A stretch of 64,000 nt of DNA from Deltaproteobacteria bacterium (GTDB taxonomy: Bacteria > Desulfobacterota > Deferrisomatia > Deferrisomatales > BM512). The position numbers and the translations under genes were made by a program. The stretch lies in NCBI GenBank assembly GCA_030591565.1, contig JAUVAU010000001.1, positions 174,677-238,676 on the forward strand. The letters are read 5' to 3'. Shown piece by piece: positions 18,834-27,396 of this stretch. Each line of letters opens with the position of its first letter. Within the stretch, counting starts at the first letter, position 1. The notes beneath the pieces were generated by a model. That model did not search any database and was not told where the DNA came from. It saw nothing but the letters and a program-made list of their open reading frames with translations.

Positions 18834-20126
18834 TCAGCTTTTCCTGCCAGCCACCGTGGAGATATCCATCTCCAGAGAGTCTTCGCTTTTGCATGCCGGA
18901 CACACGGCTGTCCATTGCGATTGCCCCTCGTGGCAGACCTTGCAGACGAAGGTGGGCAGCGACCGGACGCTGAGTCCCTTGTTGAAGGCCTCGGCGGATT
19001 TCTCGAATCTGCCCAGAGCGAACTGAGCTTGACCCGCCAGCGCCATGGCGGCGGCTGATCTGCGCACGCCCTCCCCACAGGTGTTGAGCACCTCAATCGC
19101 TTCCTCGCCCCGGGAGAGCTGAAGGAGCAGCCGGGCTCTTAGCAGGGCCACCGAGGGATGCTTTTTAGAGAGCTTTTTGTAGAGCTTGAGAAGCTGCTCC
19201 GACTGGCCGCGCTCCACCTTGAGCCGCTCAAGCTTGGTTAGAAGCCCCAGCTGTCCCGTCTGCCCAAACCCCCTTTGCAGCACCTCGTCGGCCCGCGTCG
19301 CGTCGCCGGTCTGCACATAGCGGCGGGCCAGCTCGGCAAAGGCGGGTGCGTAAGCGTCGCGCTTGATTACCTTCTCAAGCTCCCTTTGCGCCAAAAGATT
19401 GTCCATCGTGCGGCAGTGCGCCACCTTGAGCGTCAACAGGGCGCTCGCTTCGGTGGTGCGTTCACTGCGGTCCAGCGAGCCGGAGAGGATGCGCTCCTGA
19501 ATGCGGATAGCGTCGCCCAGGTGTCCGTGGCCGTAGTAGAGGTCTCTGAGGGATTTCAGGCTCGGTATGTGACGAGGGTCGAGATCGAGCCACCGCGTCA
19601 GGGCCGCTACCTGGCCCTCGAAATCGTTTTTCCTGCGGTAGAGGTCGAGCTGGGCGGTCAGTATCTCCGGATTGTTTGGATCGCTCTCGATGAGGGTGGA
19701 GAGCTTTTTTTGGGCCGCCTCATACTTTTCATCGGCTATTTCAGTGCGTGCAAGCTCCAGCTGTATGCGCGACCTGCCGGGGTCCTTGCGACTGGCTCGC
19801 CTAAAAAAGCGTCGGGCTGCGCGCTGCTTGCCGCCAGCCGCGAGGCCGCGCCCCTTGTCGAGCAGCTCGTCTGCCTCGGCGTGGCGCTCTACGCCCTTTT
19901 TATGCAGCCAGAACCTGATCGAGCGCACCCCTTCACTGAAAGCGAAGAGGAAGTGGGCCAGCGCGAAGCCTGTGATGAAAAACAGGAAGCATATCAGCGC
20001 AAAGCTGGTCTGCATCTCCATGCCCGGCATTATCTGGAAGGTGTGCTGCTGGGGGTTCATTACGAACAGGTACCCAAAGGCCACCAGCGCCGTCACCAAT
20101 CCTACGTAAGTCCATTTTCCCGCCAC
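18834..20126 (-). CDS. lapB: LPS assembly protein LapB (YciM): TM segment, TPR repeats and a rubredoxin-like zinc finger
   Basis: 430 aa with N-terminal TM segments, TPR-like repeats and a C-terminal [19 protein letters not shown]. Confidence 0.8.
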   Translation of the reverse strand: MAGKWTYVGLVTALVAFGYLFVMNPQQHTFQIMPGMEMQTSFALICFLFFITGFALAHFLFAFSEGVRSIRFWLHKKGVERHAEADELLDKGRGLAAGGKQRAARRFFRRASRKDPGRSRIQLELARTEIADEKYEAAQKKLSTLIESDPNNPEILTAQLDLYRRKNDFEGQVAALTRWLDLDPRHIPSLKSLRDLYYGHGHLGDAIRIQERILSGSLDRSERTTEASALLTLKVAHCRTMDNLLAQRELEKVIKRDAYAPAFAELARRYVQTGDATRADEVLQRGFGQTGQLGLLTKLERLKVERGQSEQLLKLYKKLSKKHPSVALLRARLLLQLSRGEEAIEVLNTCGEGVRRSAAAMALAGQAQFALGRFEKSAEAFNKGLSVRSLPTFVCKVCHEGQSQWTAVCPACKSEDSLEMDISTVAGRKS

Positions 20127-20929
20127 TATTCACCTCCCGTGAAAGGGGCTTCGAAATTAATGCGGTCTTCCCGCGTGTATACATTCATCCGTTTAGCCCT
20201 GACATAGCCCACCAGGGTGATCTCCAGTTTCCTGGCGGTCGCGATGCCGAGAGAGGTCGGCGCCGAGCGCGAGGCCACGACGCCCACCCCCATCGCCGAA
20301 CCTTTTCTCACGATCTCCGAGCTTATGCGGCCCGTGGTGAAGATCGCCGCCCCGCTGGTGTCAAAGTCATTCATCAACGCCCAGCCGCCCAGCATGTCCA
20401 CCGCGTTGTGTCGGCCAACGTCGGCGCGCACTTCAATGATCCGTTCCGGGTCGGCCAGCGCCGCGTAGTGCGCCCCGCCGGTGGAGCGGTAGAGTTCCGA
20501 CGCTCTTTGCAACTCTCCCATTCTGCCCAAGATCGCCGCCGGTGAAAAGAGCGCATCGCTTTTTGATGGCTTTAACCTCAAGGCGTCCAGCGGGTTGTGG
20601 AAGGTGGAGCCTGCTCCGCAGCCGGTGGTCACCGTGCGCTTGAGCATTAATTTCTCAATCAGCTCCTCATCCACCTCCGCCTCGACCTCAACGGTCGAAG
20701 CCGCAACCTTCCAGCTTTTCAGCTGGTCGTGGCCGCCGATGAAACCCTCACTTCTCAGATACCCCACCGCCAGCTCCTCACGGTTATCGCCGAGGGTCAG
20801 CAAGGTCACCACCTCGCGGCCATTGAGGTTGACGGTAAGAGGCACTTCGCGCACCACCTCGTCCTCGACGCGCAGGGCCTCGCCATTTTGCCAGCGTATT
20901 ATCTCTACCCGGTCAACCGGTTGGCTCAC
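20126..20929 (-). CDS. fdhD: Formate dehydrogenase accessory sulfurtransferase FdhD
   Basis: 267 aa with the motif DVGRHNAVD and an FdhD-like pattern. Its stop overlaps the lapB start. Confidence 0.8.
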   Translation of the reverse strand: MSQPVDRVEIIRWQNGEALRVEDEVVREVPLTVNLNGREVVTLLTLGDNREELAVGYLRSEGFIGGHDQLKSWKVAASTVEVEAEVDEELIEKLMLKRTVTTGCGAGSTFHNPLDALRLKPSKSDALFSPAAILGRMGELQRASELYRSTGGAHYAALADPERIIEVRADVGRHNAVDMLGGWALMNDFDTSGAAIFTTGRISSEIVRKGSAMGVGVVASRSAPTSLGIATARKLEITLVGYVRAKRMNVYTREDRINFEAPFTGGE

Positions 20930-22861
20930 CTATCTCTTCCCCTTTGGTCCCGCGACTCGCACGTCACCCTTCCTGATGGTTATTTTACGCGAATCCAGCA
21001 TCTCAAGGAGCGGAATCGTATATTTTCGCGAAGTCCCGGCAACCTGCTTTATGTCGGCCACTGTAAGTTCACCCCTCTCGGTCAATATGTCTATCACCGC
21101 AGCCACCAGCTTGTCGATCATCCCGGCGCCGAAATAGTACCCCTCTTTCGTGCGGATAAGGACGCCGTCAGTGACAAGGAAATCCATCACGGGTTTCACC
21201 GAGGCGGGCTCCTCCCCCAGGGCTTCGGCAGCTTCCGGCAGGGTCGGGGCCTCGTAGCCGCGAGAGGTCACCGCCTCCAACACCCGCTTCCTCGTCTGCT
21301 CATCTTCCCCAGAGAGCGTGAGGGTGAAGTCGGCGCGGCGCACCGTTTCGCCCTCCAACACCACGCTGCCCGCGCTGTTCATCCTCCCAAGGGTGAACTC
21401 TATCAGCTTGGCGTCGATGTAGGAGGGGAACCGGGTGCGCAGCTCTTCAACGCTCATCCCGCGTTTAAGGGGATTTTCCCCGTGGAAGCGTCCGAGCAGC
21501 GACAATGCCTCGCTCTCCAGCCCATTCACGAACCCCACATCAACATGTCGCTTGGTCTTCTTGTCCACGACCAGCGCGTGGCCCAGCCGGACGCTATCGT
21601 TCAAGAGCACGTGGACCCTGTCGCCGGTCACGTCCATGAGCGACTGGACATCGTTGGGGGTAAGGCCGATATGGCGGCGCAGCCTGAAGTAGGCCCCCAG
21701 CCGGTCACCCTCATCCTCTGCGTTGAGGATGGAGAGGGTCCGGGTAACTTCGGGCTTGATCCCCTTGTGGCGTAGCGGGGCGGGGTCGAGCACCACGCCG
21801 CCGCCGATGGTGTGTGCCGGGGAAAACGCCCTGAAGACGAAGCGGTCGCCGGGGCAGGTCAAAAACTGCTCGCGTGAGCGCACCTGGGCGTAGGCCCATT
21901 GGCCGGGCTCAAGGATTTCTCTGTCAAGCAGCGCGACCACCACCGGCACCTCCCGCGTCCCGATGTGCATGCGGCAGCGGGTGCGGCTCTCCAATGGCCT
22001 GGCCGAGGGTAGGACCTCCACCCTCACGTCTACCATCCGCGTCGGCGAAAAACTCCCCGGGTGGGTAATCACGTCTCCACGACTCACTTCGTCCAGGGAT
22101 ATGCCCGATAGGTTCAGCGCCGTGCGGTTGCCCGCGTAGGCTTTGTCCAGATGGTCGCCGTGGACCTCGATGCCGCGCACCTTTGCCAGCGCGCCGCCGG
22201 GCATCACCTGAACCTCATCATCTTTTTTGACCGAGCCGGACTGGGCGGTCCCGGTGACAACGGTGCCAAACCCCTTCATGGTGAAGACGCGGTCCACTGG
22301 AATCCGAAAGAGCCCCTTGGCGTGGCGGGACCTCACCGATTCCGCCAACTTCTCCAGTGTTTGGCGGACCTCTGCAACCCCCTCGCCGGTCACCGCGCTC
22401 ACAGGGATCATCGGCGCGCCTTCCAGGAAGGTGCCTTCCACCGCCGAGGCCACGTCTTCCCTGGCAAGCTCCACGAAGTCGGGGTCTACCATGTCGATTT
22501 TTGTCAGCGCGATCATGCCGTTCTCGATACCGAGAAGGACGCAGATATCGAGATGCTCGCGCGTCTGGGGCATGACGCCCTCATCGGCGGCCACCACGAA
22601 TAACACTATGTCGATACCCGACGCGCCCGCGACCATGTTGCGCACGAAGCGCTCGTGTCCCGGCACATCCACTATGGACATCTTTTTGTCACCGGGAAGG
22701 TCCAGGGTGGCGAACCCCAGCTCGATAGTTATCCCCCTGGCTTTTTCCTCTTTTAATCTGTCGGTATCGGTGCCGGTGAGGGCCTTGACCAGGGACGTTT
22801 TCCCATGGTCGATGTGACCCGCAGTGCCCAGCACGATGCGCGAAATGTCAGTTTGCGACAT
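20930..22861 (-). CDS. selB: Selenocysteine-specific translation elongation factor
   Basis: 643 aa with GTPase motifs GHIDHGKT and DVPGH, followed by a long winged-helix C-terminal extension typical of SelB. Confidence 0.9.
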   Translation of the reverse strand: MSQTDISRIVLGTAGHIDHGKTSLVKALTGTDTDRLKEEKARGITIELGFATLDLPGDKKMSIVDVPGHERFVRNMVAGASGIDIVLFVVAADEGVMPQTREHLDICVLLGIENGMIALTKIDMVDPDFVELAREDVASAVEGTFLEGAPMIPVSAVTGEGVAEVRQTLEKLAESVRSRHAKGLFRIPVDRVFTMKGFGTVVTGTAQSGSVKKDDEVQVMPGGALAKVRGIEVHGDHLDKAYAGNRTALNLSGISLDEVSRGDVITHPGSFSPTRMVDVRVEVLPSARPLESRTRCRMHIGTREVPVVVALLDREILEPGQWAYAQVRSREQFLTCPGDRFVFRAFSPAHTIGGGVVLDPAPLRHKGIKPEVTRTLSILNAEDEGDRLGAYFRLRRHIGLTPNDVQSLMDVTGDRVHVLLNDSVRLGHALVVDKKTKRHVDVGFVNGLESEALSLLGRFHGENPLKRGMSVEELRTRFPSYIDAKLIEFTLGRMNSAGSVVLEGETVRRADFTLTLSGEDEQTRKRVLEAVTSRGYEAPTLPEAAEALGEEPASVKPVMDFLVTDGVLIRTKEGYYFGAGMIDKLVAAVIDILTERGELTVADIKQVAGTSRKYTIPLLEMLDSRKITIRKGDVRVAGPKGKR

Positions 22862-23003
22862 ATTGACTCCTCAGGTAGGAAATGGATGCTAGCAGAGGGC
22901 CAATCCGGTAGCAAGCGATCCTCGGTGCGCCACCCCTTTTCACCGGGTTGCATCTGTGTAAGACTTGTCGGGGACCAGACAACCGGAAGATAAAGAGGAG
23001 CCG

Positions 23004-23759
23004 ATGCCCCAGTTCCATGTACTGCCCGAAGATGTGAAGCCGGAAAGCTTTACCGCAACAATTCGCGGGGGCGAAGCCCGCCACCTGGCGAGGGTCCTGA
23101 GGGTGGGGGTGGGGGTGGAGATCGCCATCTTCGATGGCGAGGGCAACCGCTGGTCCGGTGTCACGCAAACGGTGACGGAGGAGCAAGTGGGTCTGGTCCG
23201 GCTGAGCGCTCTTCCCGACCGTGAGCCGCCCTGTCAAATTCATCTTATTCAGGGCCTGATCAAGGGTGAGCGGTGGGAGTGGCTGCTTGAAAAAGCGGTG
23301 GAGCTGGGGGCAACGCGGATTTCGCCGGTGTTCAGCGAGTTTACGGTAGTAAAAAGGGCTGTAGTAAAAAATGACAAAAAGACGAGGGACTCCAAGAGGT
23401 CAAAATGGAGGGCCCGCGCGCTGGCTGCGGCCAAACAGTGCGGCAGAGGGCTCATCCCCCCGGTGGACGAGCCGGTCGCGTTGACGCAGCTGCTTCGGAC
23501 CCTGGGTGCGCCTGCCGATGGCGAGAAAAGGGTTGCCGCCCACGTCGGCAGCGGTGAGGGGTGGGCGATGCCCGCCGACACCGCTTTGATAAGGGTCGCG
23601 ATCGGACCCGAAGGCGGGTGGTCTTCCGATGACCTGAAACTGTTGGAGGGGGCCGGATTTTGCGTGGCTGGGCTTGGCCCAAGGACGCTCAGGAGCGAAA
23701 CGGCGGCAGCAGCGGCGCTGACTTTGTGCTCAACTCTTGTTCAAAAACCCATCACGTGA
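23004..23759 (+). CDS. rsmE: 16S rRNA (uracil1498-N3)-methyltransferase
   Basis: The start was taken at MPQFHVLPEDV. It has an RsmE-like pattern including a C-terminal GPEGGW...LGPRTLRSETAA. Confidence 0.8.
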   Translation: MPQFHVLPEDVKPESFTATIRGGEARHLARVLRVGVGVEIAIFDGEGNRWSGVTQTVTEEQVGLVRLSALPDREPPCQIHLIQGLIKGERWEWLLEKAVELGATRISPVFSEFTVVKRAVVKNDKKTRDSKRSKWRARALAAAKQCGRGLIPPVDEPVALTQLLRTLGAPADGEKRVAAHVGSGEGWAMPADTALIRVAIGPEGGWSSDDLKLLEGAGFCVAGLGPRTLRSETAAAAALTLCSTLVQKPIT

Positions 23760-23835
23760 TACTTTTTACACTTAACTATTCGACTTTGCCGTGTTCTGAC
23801 GCTTCCAGGCGATGGAATTGAAAGGCGGTTGCCCC

Positions 23836-24273
23836 ATGAAATGCCCCAAGTGCGGTTACAGTAGTTTCGACTATTTGGATGAATGCAAGAATTGCAACAC
23901 CGATATCTCGGATGTGAGAGCCCAGCTAGGCGTGATTGCAGTGGCTCCCGACGACCGCGCGGCCAGCTCGCCCCAACTGCCTGCAGGCGACGAGGAGGTT
24001 GTCGATACTATGGAGGCCCCCGCAGGTGACACCGGGCAGAGTCCGCTTTCCAGTAATGACTACCTGGGTGAAGATTTGACTGGCAAGGAATTCGATGAAT
24101 CGTTTAACGCCATCGTCGAGCCCACCGGCTATAGCGACGCGGGTGAAGATGTAAAGGGCGACGTTGAGCCCGAGATAACCGAGCCTGCGAGTTCGGAAGG
24201 TGAGGGGGAGAGTGACGAAGAGTTCCTCGACCTGGATTTTGGCGGCATCTTCGAGGAAGACGAGGAGAAGTAG
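23836..24273 (+). CDS. Zinc-ribbon protein with a long acidic tail
   Basis: Begins MKCPKCGYSSFDYLDECKNCNTD, then has about 110 D/E-rich residues. A strong terminator follows. Confidence 0.6.
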   Translation: MKCPKCGYSSFDYLDECKNCNTDISDVRAQLGVIAVAPDDRAASSPQLPAGDEEVVDTMEAPAGDTGQSPLSSNDYLGEDLTGKEFDESFNAIVEPTGYSDAGEDVKGDVEPEITEPASSEGEGESDEEFLDLDFGGIFEEDEEK

Positions 24274-24308
24274 GCTGTAAGCCGCTTGAGCCGGAGTAAG
24301 AGATATCA

Positions 24309-24338
24309 GGCCCCCTGCAAATGCAGGGGGCTTTTTTG
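24309..24338 (+). terminator. Rho-independent terminator
   Basis: GGCCCCCTGCA-aa-TGCAGGGGGC followed by TTTTTTG. Confidence 0.85.
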
Positions 24339-24495
24339 TTTTAAGTCCTTTGCGGGAAGGCTTTTGCTGCCCCAATGGGGTTGTGGGCGCAGGAGTTTTC
24401 CTCCCCGGTCAAAGTGATACTTTCTTGACCGGCGAGGGGGCGGCGGTTAGCTTCGCGAAGTCAATCCAGAGCTTTTAGCGAACAGGGAGGGGGAA

Positions 24496-24789
24496 GTGGA
24501 TATTTCGACTACCGTAATAGCCTCGACAGTGCTCGGGGCGGGGGCGACTCTGGCTGTACGCCAAATTTGGGACCGATGGAAGGCCCCCGACGAGGTGCGC
24601 CGCAGGGTGGAAGACAGGTTCGTGCAAAAGGAAACCTGCACAAAGTGCGAGCAGGGGTTGATCAACACCACGATGGACCTGCGGGGTTTTATCAGGGGGG
24701 TGGACGCCAAGGTGGACAGGGTGGCAGCCGTCACCGAGAACAATGGCAATCTTCTGATCAAAATAGCCGGAAAACTGGGGGTGGGCTGA
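24496..24789 (+). CDS. Small membrane-anchored protein, first gene of the lysis-type cassette
   Basis: 97 aa with a GTG start preceded by GGGAGGGGG. It has one N-terminal TM helix (TTVIASTVLGAGATLAV). Its stop overlaps the next start (ATGA). Confidence 0.55.
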   Translation: MDISTTVIASTVLGAGATLAVRQIWDRWKAPDEVRRRVEDRFVQKETCTKCEQGLINTTMDLRGFIRGVDAKVDRVAAVTENNGNLLIKIAGKLGVG

Positions 24790-25214
24790 TGGAAGAGGCG
24801 GTGCTGCTACGCACACGCACCGGCGACCAGGGGACCTTTGGCGTCTTCCTGTCCGGCGAGTTCACCTGCTACACGGTGGAGCTTCCCTGGCGTGAAAATG
24901 CACGCAACTTCTCCTGCATAGAAAAAGGGCGGTACAGGGTGGAGCCCCACCGCTCGCCCAGGTTCGGCAAGTGCTACTGGGTCAAAAACGTTTCGGGCCG
25001 CTCGGAAATTCTCATACATACCGGCAACGTGGCGGGCGACCGCAGGCGGGGCCACCTCACCCACTCCAATGGTTGCATACTGCCGGGAAAGAGACTCGGC
25101 TCCATAAAGGGGCAGCGCGCTGTTCTGAACAGCCGCTCGGCGGTCAGCCGCATGGCCCGGCACCTTGGCAACAAACCGTTCATGCTGACGATAAGGGAGG
25201 TCTACGATGTTTGA
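24788..25214 (+). CDS. DUF5675-like protein (phage-associated; YkuD-like H...GC signature)
   Basis: 142 aa starting at MEEAVLL. It has the pattern ...CYTVELPW...GRYRVEPHRSPRFG...ILIHTGNVAGD...THSNGCILPG. The ORF-track start at 24567 would overlap the previous gene. Confidence 0.65.
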
Positions 25215-25749
25215 TTGGCTAGTGGGCGCGGCAAGCTCGGCACTGGGGGGCGGCCTTATCGGCGCCATAGGGTCCTGCTTCAGCTCGTGGATGCAACTCA
25301 AGGCAAAAAAGCTTGAGTACGACCACGAAAAGGATATGGCCCAGATCGACATTGAAATGCAGCAAGCGGAACTCTCCAGCCTGGAAAAAAGGACCACGAT
25401 AGAGTGGGAGGGCAAGACCGAAGTGGCCGAAGTCGATGCCCTTACGGCCTCCTACAAAGCGGATCGCGCCACCTACGCCAAGAGCGACTCCAAGCTGGCT
25501 AAATACCTATTCCCGCTGGTCGACTTCTTCAGGGGGATCACCAGACCGGGACTCACAGTCTACCTGTGTATCCTCGTCACCATAATGTTTTTCAAACTCC
25601 AGGAAGTGATGGGAGGGATTGAAGGACTCGACCCGGCCAGAGTGACCGAGATCTTCTCACAAGTAGTCAACCTGGTGCTCTTTTTGGCCGCCACCTCAGT
25701 AACCTGGTGGTTCGGCAGCCGTGCAAAAATGCCCAAAGTGGGAAAATGA
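25207..25749 (+). CDS. Holin-like membrane protein (N-terminal Gly-rich TM segment, coiled region, two C-terminal TM segments)
   Basis: 180 aa with an AAGGGAGG Shine-Dalgarno sequence. Its architecture resembles the '3-TM holin for gene-transfer release' type. It overlaps the previous gene by 8 nt. Confidence 0.5.
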   Translation: MFDWLVGAASSALGGGLIGAIGSCFSSWMQLKAKKLEYDHEKDMAQIDIEMQQAELSSLEKRTTIEWEGKTEVAEVDALTASYKADRATYAKSDSKLAKYLFPLVDFFRGITRPGLTVYLCILVTIMFFKLQEVMGGIEGLDPARVTEIFSQVVNLVLFLAATSVTWWFGSRAKMPKVGK

Positions 25750-25770
25750 AAAGGCATGAACTGCTTTGGC

Positions 25771-25800
25771 TTGACAACCCCGGCCCCGAAAGGGTAAAAA
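25771..25800 (+). promoter_or_regulatory. Sigma70-type promoter candidate for tRNA-Phe
   Basis: TTGACA (25771-25776), an 18-nt spacer, then TAAAAA (25795-25800). It lies about 15 nt upstream of the tRNA 5' end. Confidence 0.4.
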
Positions 25801-25815
25801 CCTCGGGCTACCAAA

Positions 25816-25891
25816 GCCCAGGTAGCTCAGTCGGTAGAGCAGGGGACTGAAAATCCCCGTGTCCGTGGTTCGATTCCGCGCCTGGGCACCA
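25816..25891 (+). tRNA. tRNA-Phe (anticodon GAA), CCA encoded
   Basis: 76 nt. The acceptor stem GCCCAGG/CCTGGGC pairs fully. It has the D-arm GCTCAGTCGGTAGAGC, the anticodon loop CTGAAAA and the T-arm GGTTCGATTCC. Confidence 0.95.
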
Positions 25892-25896
25892 GTAAT

Positions 25897-25933
25897 AAAA
25901 GAGCCGTCCCCTTGTGGGGCGGCTCTTTTATTT
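25897..25933 (+). terminator. Rho-independent terminator after tRNA-Phe
   Basis: AAAAGAGCCGtCCCC-ttgt-GGGGCGGCTCTTTT followed by ATTT. Confidence 0.8.
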
Positions 25934-25950
25934 GGAGAGTAGAAAAGGAA

Positions 25951-25964
25951 GGAATCGAACCACG
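25951..25964 (-). repeat. Inverted 14-nt copy of the tRNA-Phe T-arm
   Basis: GGAATCGAACCACG is the exact reverse complement of tRNA positions 25864-25877. Confidence 0.8.
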
Positions 25965-26040
25965 TTAAGTGCGAGCGAAGAGCGAGCGCTACCAGATAGG
26001 CGCTTTACGAAGTGAGGGCTTGCGTGAGCAAGACAGCACT

Positions 26041-26095
26041 TCGATTGTCGCGCCTGGGCACCAGTAATAAAGGAGCCGTCCCCTTATGGGGTGGT
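26041..26095 (+). repeat. Direct duplicate of the tRNA-Phe 3' end plus its terminator (att-like scar)
   Basis: TCGATTgtCGCGCCTGGGCACCAGTAATAAAgGAGCCGTCCCCTTaTGGGGtGG matches 25870-25923 apart from one indel and three substitutions. Confidence 0.85.
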
Positions 26096-26096
26096 T

Positions 26097-26170
26097 CAGA
26101 TCGCTGACAAAGCCCGTCTTTCCTCCGATTGACTTCGTCAGGCTAAGAAATGATCCTCGAAATAAAAAAG
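26097..26170 (-). repeat. Intergenic repeat family, partial copy R6
   Basis: CAGATCGCTGACAAA...CCTCCGATTGAC...TGATCCTCGAAATA matches copy R5 (42501-42620) and the 3' part of the full-length copies. Confidence 0.7.
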
Positions 26171-26252
26171 AAAACGAGAAGAATTCTTTAGCAGTCTATT
26201 TGCGCCGTCATTAAATTTCAACCAATTGGTGAGGTCGCCAAAACCCGTTCAG

Positions 26253-27152
26253 CTATGCTGCCACCTCCTTCGGTGAGCACAGTGCGGCAATGAGGCAGCC
26301 GGGGATGATAATAAGAGCGCCCATTGTGACGTAAACTCCCGGCACTTCGCCAAGGACCAGGGCCGCCAGCGCCACAGTGAAAAGAGGCAGGGTATTGATG
26401 AACGCCGCCGCGCCGTTGGGGCCCAGTTGGCGCACACCTTCGTTCCATGTGAGGAAAGCGATGCATGAAGGGCCAACGCCCACGTAGAGTATCGCAAGGA
26501 GAAGTTTCAGAGAAAAAACAGGCGGGGAGGTGGCCGTCTCCACCGCTACCGGCACCAGCAGCATCGGCACCGCCATGGCGGTGGAAACCGCGGTGACCCA
26601 GAGGGTGGGCCTTGTGCGAAGTAAAATTCTTGCAATAACGGAATACAGCCCCCAGGCAAAAACCGCCGACAGGATGAGCAGGTCGCCAAAATTCGGATTT
26701 ATCGACCAGAGGACGTCAAGGGAGCCACGTGAGATAACAATCGCCACGCCAGCCAGACTTAATGCCGCACCGAGAAGCTGGAGCGCGCCGAACCGCTGCT
26801 TTAGAATCGCCAGTGAGAGGAGGAAGGTCACCACCGGGAAGGTGGCGCTGATGATCCCAACATTAATGGCGGTCGTGTAGTGGAGCGCCGAGTATTGCAA
26901 TACCTGAAAGCCAACCACGCCAAGGAGCCCCATGAGCGCCAGCAGCCCCCATTCGCGTGGCTCCACATCCCTTTGACGCCAGGACTGGCCCTTAACGGCG
27001 AGGATCAGGACAAAAATAATAGCCGCCACCGTAGCGCGGTACCCGGCAAGCGACCATGGGCCTATGTCATCCCTGATAGCACGGCCCAGTACGACGTTGC
27101 CCGACCACAAAAGGGTGGACACGTTGACCAGCAGTATGGCCCGGTATTTCAT
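26253..27152 (-). CDS. EamA/DMT-family transporter
   Basis: 299 aa with about 10 TM helices in a two-fold EamA-like arrangement. Confidence 0.8.
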   Translation of the reverse strand: MKYRAILLVNVSTLLWSGNVVLGRAIRDDIGPWSLAGYRATVAAIIFVLILAVKGQSWRQRDVEPREWGLLALMGLLGVVGFQVLQYSALHYTTAINVGIISATFPVVTFLLSLAILKQRFGALQLLGAALSLAGVAIVISRGSLDVLWSINPNFGDLLILSAVFAWGLYSVIARILLRTRPTLWVTAVSTAMAVPMLLVPVAVETATSPPVFSLKLLLAILYVGVGPSCIAFLTWNEGVRQLGPNGAAAFINTLPLFTVALAALVLGEVPGVYVTMGALIIIPGCLIAALCSPKEVAA

Positions 27153-27396
27153 GAAAGGGCAGGGTCGACCGATAATTTAGGGGAGCGAATAACCGCCTGA
27201 CCCGGACGAACTGAAATAGTCGAGCTCATTTACCGCCTCCTGAAGGGATGTAGCACAAACTTAATTTAATCACAGATTGTTTACAAGTTGATATGGCTGG
27301 AGTGGGTGGGATTCACAACGGGAGGAGGGGGTATGCCGTAAAATGGGTAGCTGTCCTTAAGCCTCATCACGTGTATGATATTTTGAATATTTTTTC

